A stretch of DNA of 33,495 nucleotides from Deltaproteobacteria bacterium TL4 (GCA_051382335.1 JBBCAX010000103.1:1-33495), one strand, 5' to 3'. Positions 18,977 to 28,790 are shown, numbered from the stretch's first letter. The notes: generated from the letters alone by a model not told the origin. Numbers and translations are program-made.

Positions 18977-20134
18977 TTAAGATGTCGATGAATCTTTTAG
19001 AAGTGCTTGAAGCGTTTCAGGAATCACTTTTCCTTCATGAGTTACGAGAGAATCAGCAATAATTTGATCTTCAAGATTCAAGTTAAGCTGCCCACCCTTA
19101 CAAAGATTGAGCAGAAACATACTGATATTCTTAGAATACAGTTGTGACGCATGAACTGACTTGCGGGAAGGATAGTCAATATATCCAACGATAGTAACAC
19201 CATGTTTAACGACGACTTTCCCTACTTCCGTTCCTTCGACATTTCCTCCTCGTTCTGCGGCCAAATCCACAATGACAGAGCCGGGAGTCATTCCCTGGAG
19301 CATTGAGTCTGTAATTAAAACTGGGGATTTTTTTCCTGGAATTGCCGCTGTCGTGATCACGACATCCACATGAGACACTTTGGCGGCCATCTGCTCTTGT
19401 TGTCTCTTATAAAAATCATCAGATTGAGCCTTGGCATATCCCCCCTTGCCTTCCGCATCTTCGGTTTTCAGATCAAATTCCACAAATTTTGCGCCAACAC
19501 TTTCAACCTGTTCTTTGACCACAGGGCGGGTATCATAGGCCTCCACAACTGCGCCAAGACGCTTGGCTGTGGAAATTGCCATCAAGCCAGCGACTCCGGC
19601 ACCAATAACAAAGACTTTCGACGGCAGAATTGTACCTGCGGAAGTCATGAGCATGGGGAAGTACCTAGGCAAGTGGGCAGCGGCTTCGATAACCGCGCTA
19701 TAACCGGAAATAGCCGCCATGGAGCTCAGTACATCCATACTTTGCGCACGGGAAATTCGAGGTATGAATTCCATCCCGAAACTCGTAATTCCCTTCGCGG
19801 CCATCTGTTGGACCAAATCAAGATTAAAGGCGGCATCAAGAAGTGAGATGACTACCGTCTTTTTTTCAATTAACGCTAATTCATTTGTTGTTTTACTCAG
19901 GACAAGGGGACGGATTTTCAACAGGACATCCGCCTGTTGATAAAGCTCACTGGCATTTTTTACCAGCGAGGCCCCTGCGTCTTTGTAGGCTGCATCGGAA
20001 ATAAAGGAGCCTAGACCCGCACCTTGCTGGACGATCACTTCAAGTCCTGCTTTTTTTAAGGAGGCAATCGTTGCGGGAATTAATGCGACTCTCTGCTCTC
20101 CTTCTATAATTTCTTTTGGAACTGCAACTATCAT
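18977..20134 (-). CDS. pntAA: NAD(P) transhydrogenase alpha subunit part 1 (dI)
   Basis: VPKE..GEQRVA, PRISRAQSMDVLSS, GAGVAGL, GGYAK and DLAAERGGN. Confidence 0.95.
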   Translation of the reverse strand: MIVAVPKEIIEGEQRVALIPATIASLKKAGLEVIVQQGAGLGSFISDAAYKDAGASLVKNASELYQQADVLLKIRPLVLSKTTNELALIEKKTVVISLLDAAFNLDLVQQMAAKGITSFGMEFIPRISRAQSMDVLSSMAAISGYSAVIEAAAHLPRYFPMLMTSAGTILPSKVFVIGAGVAGLMAISTAKRLGAVVEAYDTRPVVKEQVESVGAKFVEFDLKTEDAEGKGGYAKAQSDDFYKRQQEQMAAKVSHVDVVITTAAIPGKKSPVLITDSMLQGMTPGSVIVDLAAERGGNVEGTEVGKVVVKHGVTIVGYIDYPSRKSVHASQLYSKNISMFLLNLCKGGQLNLNLEDQIIADSLVTHEGKVIPETLQALLKDSSTS

Positions 20135-20426
20135 AAGCTACCCATATGAATATGAGACATCCGGATTATATTGTTTCTACCAGTGTTCAAAATGAACTGA
20201 TAAACCAAGTAAGAAGGAACAGACAAAGCCTCCCTTTCAGGCGAGCCAGTATCTGAACGAAAAGCTGTTTACGTAAACACGGTCACTGTCAAAACACTCG
20301 CCTCAACATCTAAAACTTAAATCCCAACTTCAGAAACAAGTGCTTTAAACTTCAAAAGAATCTAGCATAAAAAAGTTTCTGTTCCATTGATGATAAACAC
20401 AAAATCTCATGAATCAATATTAAAAT

Positions 20427-21710
20427 TTACAGACTCCAGTAAAATATATTTTCTTGAAAATCTTTGGGATGATAGTAAGACTTAATATCGACAACAACGC
20501 TTTTCCCCTTTGGCGTCAACCACTGCTTGACGGCATTGGAGCCCTCTTGAACAAACTTCCGATGGGGAACCGCTAAAATAACGGCATCATAATGCTGGGC
20601 CTTGGGAGCTTCAAGCAAGGTGAGTCCATACTCTTCAAGCGTATCTTCCTTGTCCGCAACAGGGTCATGAACATCAACGCTACATCCCCAACCCCTGAGG
20701 TCATCATAAATATCAATAACTTTGGTATTGCGAGTGTCAGGAATGTTTTCCTTGAAGGTAAAACCAAGAATCAATACTTTTGCCTCTGTGATGGTATGTC
20801 CCGCACCAACTAATAATCGGATGGTTTTGGTTGAAATATCCTTGGCCATGGAATCATTGATTCGCCGGCCTGCAAGAATCATTGCCGGGTGATAGCCTAA
20901 TTCCAACGATTTATGTGTTAAATAATAGGGGTCAACCCCGATACAGTGTCCCCCCACCAGACCTGGCGAAAATTTTAAAAAATTCCATTTAGTTCCTGCT
21001 GCTTCCAAAACGTCTTTCGTTCGAATATGGAGCTTGTCAAAAATCAAAGCGAGTTCATTCATTAAAGCAATATTCAGATCTCGCTGTGTATTTTCGATCA
21101 CTTTGGCAGCTTCTGCAACTTTAATGGACGTCGCTTTGAAAACTCCCACTCTAATAATACTGCCATAAAGCTGGGCAATACGTTCCAAACTCTCTTCATC
21201 CATGCCTGAAACTACTTTGGTGATTTTTGAAAGGGTGTGTTCATGATCTCCGGGGTTGATCCGTTCAGGAGAATACCCTACTTTAAAATCTCGACCGCAT
21301 TTTAAACCGGAACCCTGTTCCAAAACAGGAACACATTCCTCTTCAGTAACCCCAGGGTAAACGGTGGATTCGTAGACCACAATACTTCCCTGTTTCAAAT
21401 AAGGGGCAATGCTTTTGGAGGCACTCAACAAAGGTTTTAAATCCGGCGTTTTACTAGAGGTGACAGGTGTGGGTACAGCGACTATGATAAAACTGCATTG
21501 GGTAATCTCATGAGGATCCCAAGTGTAGTTAATCGACACTTTTTTTAATTCTTCATCGGAAATTTCTCGTGTCCGATCATGTCCTTGACGTAATTCTTCA
21601 ACACGTCTTTGTTTTACATCAAAACCAATAACTTCATATTTTTTTGAAAATTCAACCGCTAAGGGTAAGCCAACGTACCCTAGTCCAACAACACATATTT
21701 TATCAGCCAT
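20427..21710 (-). CDS. UDP-N-acetylhexosamine 6-dehydrogenase (TviB/WbpO-like nucleotide sugar dehydrogenase)
   Basis: GLGYVGLPLA, VPTP, ESTVYPG, YSPERINPG, AKVIENTQRD, GLVGGHCIGVDPYY and FKEN.PD.RN. Confidence 0.92.
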   Translation of the reverse strand: MADKICVVGLGYVGLPLAVEFSKKYEVIGFDVKQRRVEELRQGHDRTREISDEELKKVSINYTWDPHEITQCSFIIVAVPTPVTSSKTPDLKPLLSASKSIAPYLKQGSIVVYESTVYPGVTEEECVPVLEQGSGLKCGRDFKVGYSPERINPGDHEHTLSKITKVVSGMDEESLERIAQLYGSIIRVGVFKATSIKVAEAAKVIENTQRDLNIALMNELALIFDKLHIRTKDVLEAAGTKWNFLKFSPGLVGGHCIGVDPYYLTHKSLELGYHPAMILAGRRINDSMAKDISTKTIRLLVGAGHTITEAKVLILGFTFKENIPDTRNTKVIDIYDDLRGWGCSVDVHDPVADKEDTLEEYGLTLLEAPKAQHYDAVILAVPHRKFVQEGSNAVKQWLTPKGKSVVVDIKSYYHPKDFQENIFYWSL

Positions 21711-21961
21711 TTTCGTTCTTTGAAGAGGGGATGTGATTCACGTGGAAATCAAATCAATTTGTAGATCATAGAATGCAAAACCGAATCCTACCATCGTTTC
21801 ATTGCTGCACAGCAGCCTAAGATTAGGCTGAACCATAAAAAAGCACCCTCTAAAGTGCAAGTTTAATTGTAGGGGATCTGCATGGAACTCTTGATCATTC
21901 ATTATTTTTTTGACATCTGAAAAGTAAAATGATCTTTGATGTTTTTAGAAAATGAGGTCCC

Positions 21962-24900
21962 ATGCTAAAATTGAAAGAATATCAAATTACCGAAGAGCTC
22001 TATCATAGTGAAGGAACGATTGTTTATCGTGGAATTCGTCAAAGTGATGGCGCTCAGGTTATTTTGAAATACCTGAACGAAGAATTTCCTTCCCCTATCA
22101 GTTTAGGACGTTTTCAAAGTGAATATGAACTCCTCAAGGAACTGGAAGGTCACGGCGTTCCCCAAGTTTATGCTTTAGAGAAGGTGGAACAGTCCGTTCT
22201 TTTGGTAATGCGGGATGATCAGGCAACGTTTTCTTTGAAACAGCTCATTGAACGACAGACTTTGTCCTTGGCTCAAATGCTGGATTATGCGATTCAAATT
22301 GCCGAGACTCTGGGGAAAATCCATAAAAAGGGCATCATTCACAAAGACATCAAGCCTCACAATATTGTTTTAATTTCTGAAAGCTCTCAGCTCATACTGA
22401 TCGACTTTGGCATCGCAACCCGTTTGAAGGAGGAAACGACGGATATTGACATAAGCACTGCCGTTGAAGGAACAATGGCTTATATTTCTCCCGAACAAAC
22501 AGGACGGATGAATCGATGTGTGGATTATCGGACGGACTTATACTCTCTGGGGGTGACCTTTTATGAGCTGTTTGGTAAGGAACTTCCTTTTCAGGCGAAA
22601 GACTCCATGGGGTGGATTCATTGCCATATTGCCCAAGCGCCTCAGCGCCTTGCTGAAAAAAATCTCCAAATTCCTGGGATACTGTCTGATATCATCCAGA
22701 AACTATTGAATAAAAATGCTGAAGATCGATATCAAAGCGCCTATGGATTAAAAACCGACTTAGAGATATGTTTAAGACAACTCAGGGATTTGGGTACCAT
22801 AGCACCGTTTGAACTTGCAGAAAGAGATGTTTCTGAGCGTTTTCAATTACCACAAAAACTCTATGGCCGTGAGGGGCAGGTGAAGGAGTTGCTACAGGTT
22901 TTCAACCGGGTAACTCAAGGAAATCAAGAGTTAATCATTGTAACAGGCAATGCGGGTATTGGTAAGTCCTCTGTAGTTCGGGAAATGACTAAAGCTTTGG
23001 TGCCTGGCGGAGGTTTTTTTATTTCAGGAAAATATGATGAGTTCAAGCGGAATGATCCTTACTCTGGAATCGTACAAGCGTTTAGTGAATTAATCCAAGA
23101 ACTCCTGACTCAGTCAGACGCCGAATTGACGAGATGGAAAGAGAACCTTCAGGAAGCCTTGGGTGTTAATGGCAAGGTGATCAGTGAGATTATTCCGGAC
23201 CTTGAACTGATCATTGGTCCTCAACCTGCTATTCCTAAACTGGAACCGGTGGAGACTCAGAACCGCTTTCAAGTGATGTTTCGACAATTCATCAATGTCT
23301 TTACTCAAAAAGGCTATCCTTTGGTGATCTTTTTGGATGATGTCCATTGTTCTGATACGCCAAGCTTGAACCTGTTGAGCCTTCTGCTTTCGGACCCTGA
23401 TATCAAGTATCTCTTGACGATTGTTGCCTTTCGAGAGCAAGCGGTTGAACAAAATCACCCTTTCAAAGAAATCTTGAAGCAAATTGAGCAAAAAATTCAC
23501 CATGTCTGTAACCTTGTGGTTTCTTCCTTGGAACAGATCTCACTCAATCAATTGATTGCGGATACAACACATCAGAGCGTTGACGCAACTCAGGAACTTG
23601 CCAAAATTGTAATGCAAAAAACAGGAGGTAATCCTTTTTTTATCAGAGAGTTTCTTAAAACGATTCATGGGGAAAAACTCTTGGTTTTTGATCATGAACA
23701 GATGCTTTGGACATGGGATATGGCCAAAATCGAAGCACAAGAAACGACAGGCAATGTTGTGGAGTTAATGATTGGGAAAATCAGGAAACTTCCGGAACGT
23801 ACCCAGGCAGCCTTAAGGCTAGGAGCTTGTATTGGACCTTCCTTTGATTTGCAAATGCTGGCTATTATCGCAAATCGAACGCTCCTCCAAATTGCGGACG
23901 ATCTTTGGCCGGCGGTTGAAGGGGGCTTATTAATGCCGGTTGGGGAAGGGCATCGACTTTTCAAAGAAGTCAGCGATCATGCTGAGGGAGAGCTCATCAA
24001 TCCATCTTCAACACAGGGGCCTCGAAAAATCATAGATAAGTTCACTCATGGCCGTGTTCAGAAAGCCGCGTATGGGTTGATCCCGGAAGACGAACGACAA
24101 GGTGTTCATCTCCAAATTGGAAGAATGCTTTGGGCCAACCTTAAAGAAGAAACGCTTGGGGATGACATTTTTTACCTGTTATCTCAACTCAATCCAGGTC
24201 GAAGGTTAATTGAAAGTACTGAGGAAAAGGTACGTTTATCTCAATTAAACCTGAAAGCCTGCCTGAAAGCCAAAGCCTTGACAGCCTATGGACCTGCAAT
24301 GGGACATGCTCTCATTGGAGTGGACTCTCTCCCGGAAGCTTGTTGGACAACACACTATGAACTGACCTTAGCTTTGTACAATCAAGTTATCGAAACTTCT
24401 TATCTGAATATCGAAACCGAGCAAATGAATCGGTTTTTTAATGAGTTGCTTCAACGGGCAAAAACACACTTGGACACGGTTGAGGCGTATGAAGTTCTCA
24501 TACAGGCTTTTGCCGCACAAAATCAATTTCAGAAAGCGGTTGTGACCAGTTTGTCGGTCTTAAAACATCTTGGAGTTTCGATGCCTGCCAACCCGACGGC
24601 GATCCATGTTGGGATCTCTCTGCTCCAAACTAAATGGGCCTTGAGAAAAAAAACGCATGAAGCATTGCTAAATCTCCCGTTAATGACAGATCAAAAAAAG
24701 TTGATCCTGATGCGCATTCTATTCCGAAGCATTCCTGCGGCTTATGTCGCAAGCGCAAACCTGTTCGCGCTGGTTATTTTTCAAATGGTCCGGCTGGCTG
24801 TAAAACAGGGAAACTGCGGTCCTGCCGCTTTTGCGTATAGTGCTTACGGGGCCATCCACTCAGGAGCCTTAGGTGATTTTCGAACAGGGTATGCTTTTGG

Positions 24901-27262
24901 GGAATTGGCTATAAAATTAGCCGAAAAGCTGGAGGCTAAAGAGGCTAAAGTCAAAATCATTTTTGCGAATGCCGCCGGAATTCTCCAATGGCAGGTCCAT
25001 CTGAAAGAATCCCTTCTTCTCTTGGCGGAAGGAATTCAAATCGGATGGGATATCAGTGATTTGGAATATGCCCTATATGCCTGTTCCACTTATTGTAATC
25101 ATCAGCTTTTTCTGGGAGAACCCTTACCAGAACTTAGGGAGAGATATCGCAAAGATATTGGTCTGGCCTTTAAATACAAACAGAGACATACCCCGTATTA
25201 CATGAACTCTTATGCCCAATGGGTTCAAAATCTGCTGGAAGTTACAGAAAATCCCAGTCGGTTTAAGGGGGAATTCTTTGATGAAGATACGATGTTCCCC
25301 TTGATGCTCAAAAATGAAAATTTCACAGGATTGTTCTTTGCGTATAAGTCCAAAGCCATGATGAACTATCTGTTTCGTGACTACGATTCCGCGCTCAACA
25401 ATCTTAAGGAAGCCAGGAAATACCTGGAAAATGTACTTGGAATGATGGGAACGGTCTATTACAACTTTTATTCATCGCTGGTGTGGATCGCCCGCATTCG
25501 GGAAGGAACAACAAAACGCTTTTGGGGGAAACTGTGGGTGCATTTCAATCAAAGAAAAATGAAAACCTGGATGAAACATTCCCCTGAAAATTTCACACAT
25601 AAGTATTTTTTGATTGAGGCGGAAAAGGCCAGAATTGATGGTGAAATTCGAAAAGCCATGGATTATTACGAATTAGCCATCAATGCGGCGGCCGAGTCTG
25701 AATATATTATAGAAGAAGCGTTGGGAAATGAGCTGGCAGGGGAATTTTATCTTTCCCTTGAAAAAGGAAGAATTGCTCAATCGTACCTCATCAAAGCCTG
25801 GTATTTGTATGGAAAGTGGGGCGCTGCCAATAAACAGCAGGATTTAGAAAAGCGTTATTCCTATTTGCTGAAACAACGACAAACCAACACGGCGGTCACT
25901 AATTTAAACTCACCGGCTGAAATGACGACCATGGCGACCAGTTATAAAACCGTGATGGCCACAACCGTACAGAGTCTTGATTTAGATACAGTGATGAAGG
26001 CCTCTCAAGCCATTTCAGGTGAGATTGAATTAGGCACATTGCTCCGTAAATTAATGACGATTGTTGTTGAAAATGCTGGTGCGGATAAAGCTCTTTTGAT
26101 ACTCAAAGCGGAAGCTTCAGGTGAATTTTTTATTCAAGCGGAGTATTTCATAGACCGTGAAAAAATAGAGGTTCTTCAAAAGACCTCTATTTTCAAATAC
26201 GACCAGATCCCCATTTCGGTGATACAATATGCCATCCGGACCCAAGACGATGTGGTTCTGAATGATGCGATGCATGAAGGCAATTTCACCAGGGATGCTT
26301 ATATTCTAAAGCAACAACCAAAATCGGTTCTTTGCGCTCCCATCCTCAACCATGGGAATCTGACAGGACTGTTGTATCTTGAAAATAATCTGACAGTGGG
26401 TGCGTTCACACGAAATCATTTGAAAGTTCTCAATATGCTGTCTTCTCAAGCGGCCATTTCTATCGAAAATGCGGTACTCTACGCCAATCTTGCGGACAAT
26501 GTTCGTCGAGAGCAGGAACTTAAAACAGCGGCCGCGATACAGAAAGCCCTTTTGCCGAAAAGACTGCCTCAGATTAGGAACATGGATATTGCCAGTCGTT
26601 TTACCTCGGCCTCAGAAACTGGAGGCGATTGGTATGGTTTTATCACCAAAATACAAAATACCCTGGCGCTGCTTATTGGCGATGTGACAGGGCATGGAAC
26701 GCCCGCGGCCTTAGTGACGGCAACGGCAAGCGCAACCTGTTTAGTTCTGGAAAATCTCTACGCACATCAACCTTGTTTGAAGGATCTCTCTCCATCGATT
26801 ATCTTGAAACACCTCAATGAAGCCGTTTTTGAATCAGGATCTCCCAATTACTTGATGACCTTCTTTGCGGGCTGCCTCGATTTGAAAACGGGAACTATGC
26901 GTTATGCGAATGCTTCTCATAACTTCCCTCTCTTGATTCAAAAAGACGACAAGGTTAAACGCTTATTGAATAAAGGCAGTCGCTTGGGGCATTTTCAAGA
27001 TTCAGCTTATCAAGAAAAAGAAGTGCAATTAGAACAGGGGGATCTGCTCTTTTTTTATACGGATGGCTTGACTGAAAATGAAAGCCCTGATGGAGAACAG
27101 TGGGGAGAAAGACAATTGATCCAATACCTTAAACAGAATAAGAAGCAAACTTCTCAAAAAATCGTTGATGGTTTGATGGAAAAAGTAGTTGAATTTAATG
27201 GGGGGACCCCCTTGAATGATGATGTGACCATGACGGTATGCCGCATCCTTGCACCTTTTTGA
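21962..27262 (+). CDS. Multidomain Ser/Thr kinase - AAA ATPase - helical repeats - GAF - PP2C/SpoIIE phosphatase
   Basis: HKDIKPHN, IDFG and GTMAYISPEQTGRMNR (kinase); LYGRE, GNAGIGKS and VIFLDD (AAA); KSVLCAPI..LYLENN..AF (GAF); GGDWY, IGDVTGHG, YTDGL and DDVT (PP2C). Confidence 0.93.
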   Translation: MLKLKEYQITEELYHSEGTIVYRGIRQSDGAQVILKYLNEEFPSPISLGRFQSEYELLKELEGHGVPQVYALEKVEQSVLLVMRDDQATFSLKQLIERQTLSLAQMLDYAIQIAETLGKIHKKGIIHKDIKPHNIVLISESSQLILIDFGIATRLKEETTDIDISTAVEGTMAYISPEQTGRMNRCVDYRTDLYSLGVTFYELFGKELPFQAKDSMGWIHCHIAQAPQRLAEKNLQIPGILSDIIQKLLNKNAEDRYQSAYGLKTDLEICLRQLRDLGTIAPFELAERDVSERFQLPQKLYGREGQVKELLQVFNRVTQGNQELIIVTGNAGIGKSSVVREMTKALVPGGGFFISGKYDEFKRNDPYSGIVQAFSELIQELLTQSDAELTRWKENLQEALGVNGKVISEIIPDLELIIGPQPAIPKLEPVETQNRFQVMFRQFINVFTQKGYPLVIFLDDVHCSDTPSLNLLSLLLSDPDIKYLLTIVAFREQAVEQNHPFKEILKQIEQKIHHVCNLVVSSLEQISLNQLIADTTHQSVDATQELAKIVMQKTGGNPFFIREFLKTIHGEKLLVFDHEQMLWTWDMAKIEAQETTGNVVELMIGKIRKLPERTQAALRLGACIGPSFDLQMLAIIANRTLLQIADDLWPAVEGGLLMPVGEGHRLFKEVSDHAEGELINPSSTQGPRKIIDKFTHGRVQKAAYGLIPEDERQGVHLQIGRMLWANLKEETLGDDIFYLLSQLNPGRRLIESTEEKVRLSQLNLKACLKAKALTAYGPAMGHALIGVDSLPEACWTTHYELTLALYNQVIETSYLNIETEQMNRFFNELLQRAKTHLDTVEAYEVLIQAFAAQNQFQKAVVTSLSVLKHLGVSMPANPTAIHVGISLLQTKWALRKKTHEALLNLPLMTDQKKLILMRILFRSIPAAYVASANLFALVIFQMVRLAVKQGNCGPAAFAYSAYGAIHSGALGDFRTGYAFGELAIKLAEKLEAKEAKVKIIFANAAGILQWQVHLKESLLLLAEGIQIGWDISDLEYALYACSTYCNHQLFLGEPLPELRERYRKDIGLAFKYKQRHTPYYMNSYAQWVQNLLEVTENPSRFKGEFFDEDTMFPLMLKNENFTGLFFAYKSKAMMNYLFRDYDSALNNLKEARKYLENVLGMMGTVYYNFYSSLVWIARIREGTTKRFWGKLWVHFNQRKMKTWMKHSPENFTHKYFLIEAEKARIDGEIRKAMDYYELAINAAAESEYIIEEALGNELAGEFYLSLEKGRIAQSYLIKAWYLYGKWGAANKQQDLEKRYSYLLKQRQTNTAVTNLNSPAEMTTMATSYKTVMATTVQSLDLDTVMKASQAISGEIELGTLLRKLMTIVVENAGADKALLILKAEASGEFFIQAEYFIDREKIEVLQKTSIFKYDQIPISVIQYAIRTQDDVVLNDAMHEGNFTRDAYILKQQPKSVLCAPILNHGNLTGLLYLENNLTVGAFTRNHLKVLNMLSSQAAISIENAVLYANLADNVRREQELKTAAAIQKALLPKRLPQIRNMDIASRFTSASETGGDWYGFITKIQNTLALLIGDVTGHGTPAALVTATASATCLVLENLYAHQPCLKDLSPSIILKHLNEAVFESGSPNYLMTFFAGCLDLKTGTMRYANASHNFPLLIQKDDKVKRLLNKGSRLGHFQDSAYQEKEVQLEQGDLLFFYTDGLTENESPDGEQWGERQLIQYLKQNKKQTSQKIVDGLMEKVVEFNGGTPLNDDVTMTVCRILAPF

Positions 27263-27290
27263 GCTGTTTTTTACTTAATAGACATCTTTC

Positions 27291-27420
27291 CTAGTACACT
27301 GTCAGCCTTTAAATTTGTGGTAAATCGGGACTACGTGCCCGATAAAAACAACGTTCGCAAAAGCTGGGCATGTAATCCCAGCCTACCGAATCCGAAAAAT
27401 AAAAGCTGACTATGTACTAG
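27291..27420. mobile_element. 130-bp MITE-like element (CTAG...CTAG ends) enclosing a REP doublet
   Basis: Inverted repeats CTAGTACACTGTCAGCCTTTA / TAAAAGCTGACTATGTACTAG (18/21). Internal GTAAATCGGGACTACGTGCCCGA (27320-27342) and CTGGGCATGTAATCCCAGCCTAC (27364-27386). Confidence 0.7.
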
Positions 27421-28041
27421 TGCCGCTTAAGCGAAGCGAGCGTACCACTCAAGGTAGGGTGCCGCTTAAGCGAAGCGAGCGCACTACTCAAGGTAGGGTA
27501 AGCGAAGCGAGCGCACCACTCAAGGTAGGGTGCCGCTTAAGCGAAGCGAGCGCACCACTCAAGGTAGGATGTCGCTTAAGCGAAGTGAGCGCACCACTTA
27601 AGGTAGGGTGCCGCTTAAGCGAAGCGAGCGCACTACTCAAGGTAGGGTGCCGCTTAAGCGAAGCGAGCGCACCAGAAAACCGCCGTTCCCTTATTTATGG
27701 TGCGCTCGCTTCGCTTAAGCGACACCCTACTGGCTCAACTCTTATCGCCACGGCTGGATTTGTGGTGCGCTCGCTTCGCTTAAGCGGCACCCTACTGGCT
27801 CAACTCTTATCGCCACGGCTGGATTTATGGTGCGCTCGCTTCGCTTAAGCGGCACCCTACTGGCTCAACTCTTATCGCCACGGCTGGATTTATGGTGCGC
27901 TCGCTTCGCTTAAGCGGCACCCTACTGACTCTTATAGTCGGCTGGATTTATGGTGCGCTCGCTTCGCTTAAGCGGCACCCTACTGACTCTTATAGTCGGC
28001 TGGATTTATGGTGCGCTCGCTTCGCTTAAGCGGCACCCTAC
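27420..28041. repeat. Amplified GTAG-REP array: 7 forward and 6 inverted copies of GTAGGGTGCCGCTTAAGCGAAGCGAGCGCACC
   Basis: Forward units have a 39-nt period (linker ACTCAAG; first copy 5'-truncated, third with an internal deletion). Central spacer ~27674-27698. Inverted units have 65-nt (x3) and 58-nt (x2) periods with repeated linkers. Confidence 0.93.
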
Positions 28042-28111
28042 TGGCTCAACTCCTATCGGCAGCGCTGGGTTCCCTCCCAACGAAGGTGGAACAGGGTTCC
28101 CTTGTTTTGAA

Positions 28112-28143
28112 CCACGTTCCCAAGCCGCGGCTTGGGAACGTGG
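28112..28143. repeat. Perfect 32-bp palindrome (REP-like)
   Basis: CCACGTTCCCAAGCCG|CGGCTTGGGAACGTGG. Confidence 0.8.
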
Positions 28144-28192
28144 AGAAACGAAGCGGCGTACCTTGACAACTTATAAAAAAAAAAAATCGACA

Positions 28193-28206
28193 AGGGGCAA
28201 GCCCCT
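28193..28206 (-). promoter_or_regulatory. GC-rich hairpin ~40 nt downstream of the DUF1566 stop; candidate DGR target-recognition hairpin
   Basis: AGGGGC-AA-GCCCCT, within the minus-strand sequence GCGGGGTACAGGGGCTTGCCCCTTG. Confidence 0.55.
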
Positions 28207-28244
28207 GTACCCCGCTTTTTTAAATAATCAAATCCCCTAATAAC

Positions 28245-28790
28245 CTATTGTCCGCCTCGAACACACCGAACATAGTAGCTATACGTCTTATAGTAGTAGT
28301 TGACGTAGCCGTAGTAGAAGTACACGTACCATGCGTCGGACGTGTTATCGGCGGACGTCGTAGACGACCAATAATTCGAGGAGGAAGTATTGAGGAAATA
28401 CGTCGTATTGATCGCGGGAGCATAAGTCGAATCACTCGTAATTGATTCCAGTTCCCGCACATTCGGCAGTCTCCAATCACTATACCCGCCCAAACTTAAG
28501 GCTTCACAATAGCTAATGGCAGCTTCCCACGTTCGAGACGTTCCATCATCCTGTCGTTGCCACATCAACCCACGCGACCGATCCAAGACCGTGTCGGAGT
28601 TAGCCAAATAACCCAAGGACCAAATTCCCAATTGTCCACCTCGGACGCAACGGACATAGTGGCTACCGAACCTACTGTAGCCATAGGCGCCGCCGCTGTA
28701 GACTCGGCCGGCGCTGAAGTCCACGCCCCACATGCTAAACATGTAATTGGCGTACATTGTAGACGACCAATAACCCGAGGAGGAAGTATA
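28245..28790 (-). pseudogene. 5'-truncated tandem DUF1566 (Lcl C-terminal, CLec-fold) protein; probable DGR target with two VR-like cassettes
   Basis: DTVLDRSRGLMWQ, TWEAAISYCEAL.LGGYSDWRLPN..EL.SI and YWSST...AW.V.F..G.V....K....YVRCVRGG. The YWSST..YVRCVRGGQ module occurs twice (28632-28790 and 28245-28391). ORF-track residues upstream of 28790 derive from the inserted palindrome. Confidence 0.85.

Noticed and set aside
3211..26820. Numerous 60-165 aa antisense or alternate-frame ORFs inside long genes
   Set aside because: Shadow ORFs fully overlapping well-supported CDSs.
27420..28041. CRISPR array
   Set aside because: Linkers are identical repeats (7, 33 or 26 nt) rather than unique spacers, orientation flips mid-array, the unit recurs as a REP doublet at 962-1050, and no cas genes are present.
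27420..28240. ORFs 27420-27848 and 27950-28240
   Set aside because: Translations of the REP array, with no RBS or protein features.
28245..28790. One cassette being the TR for the other (self-contained DGR)
   Set aside because: Neither copy is AAC-rich, mismatches are not confined to adenines of either copy, both lie in the same ORF, and no RT is present in the window.
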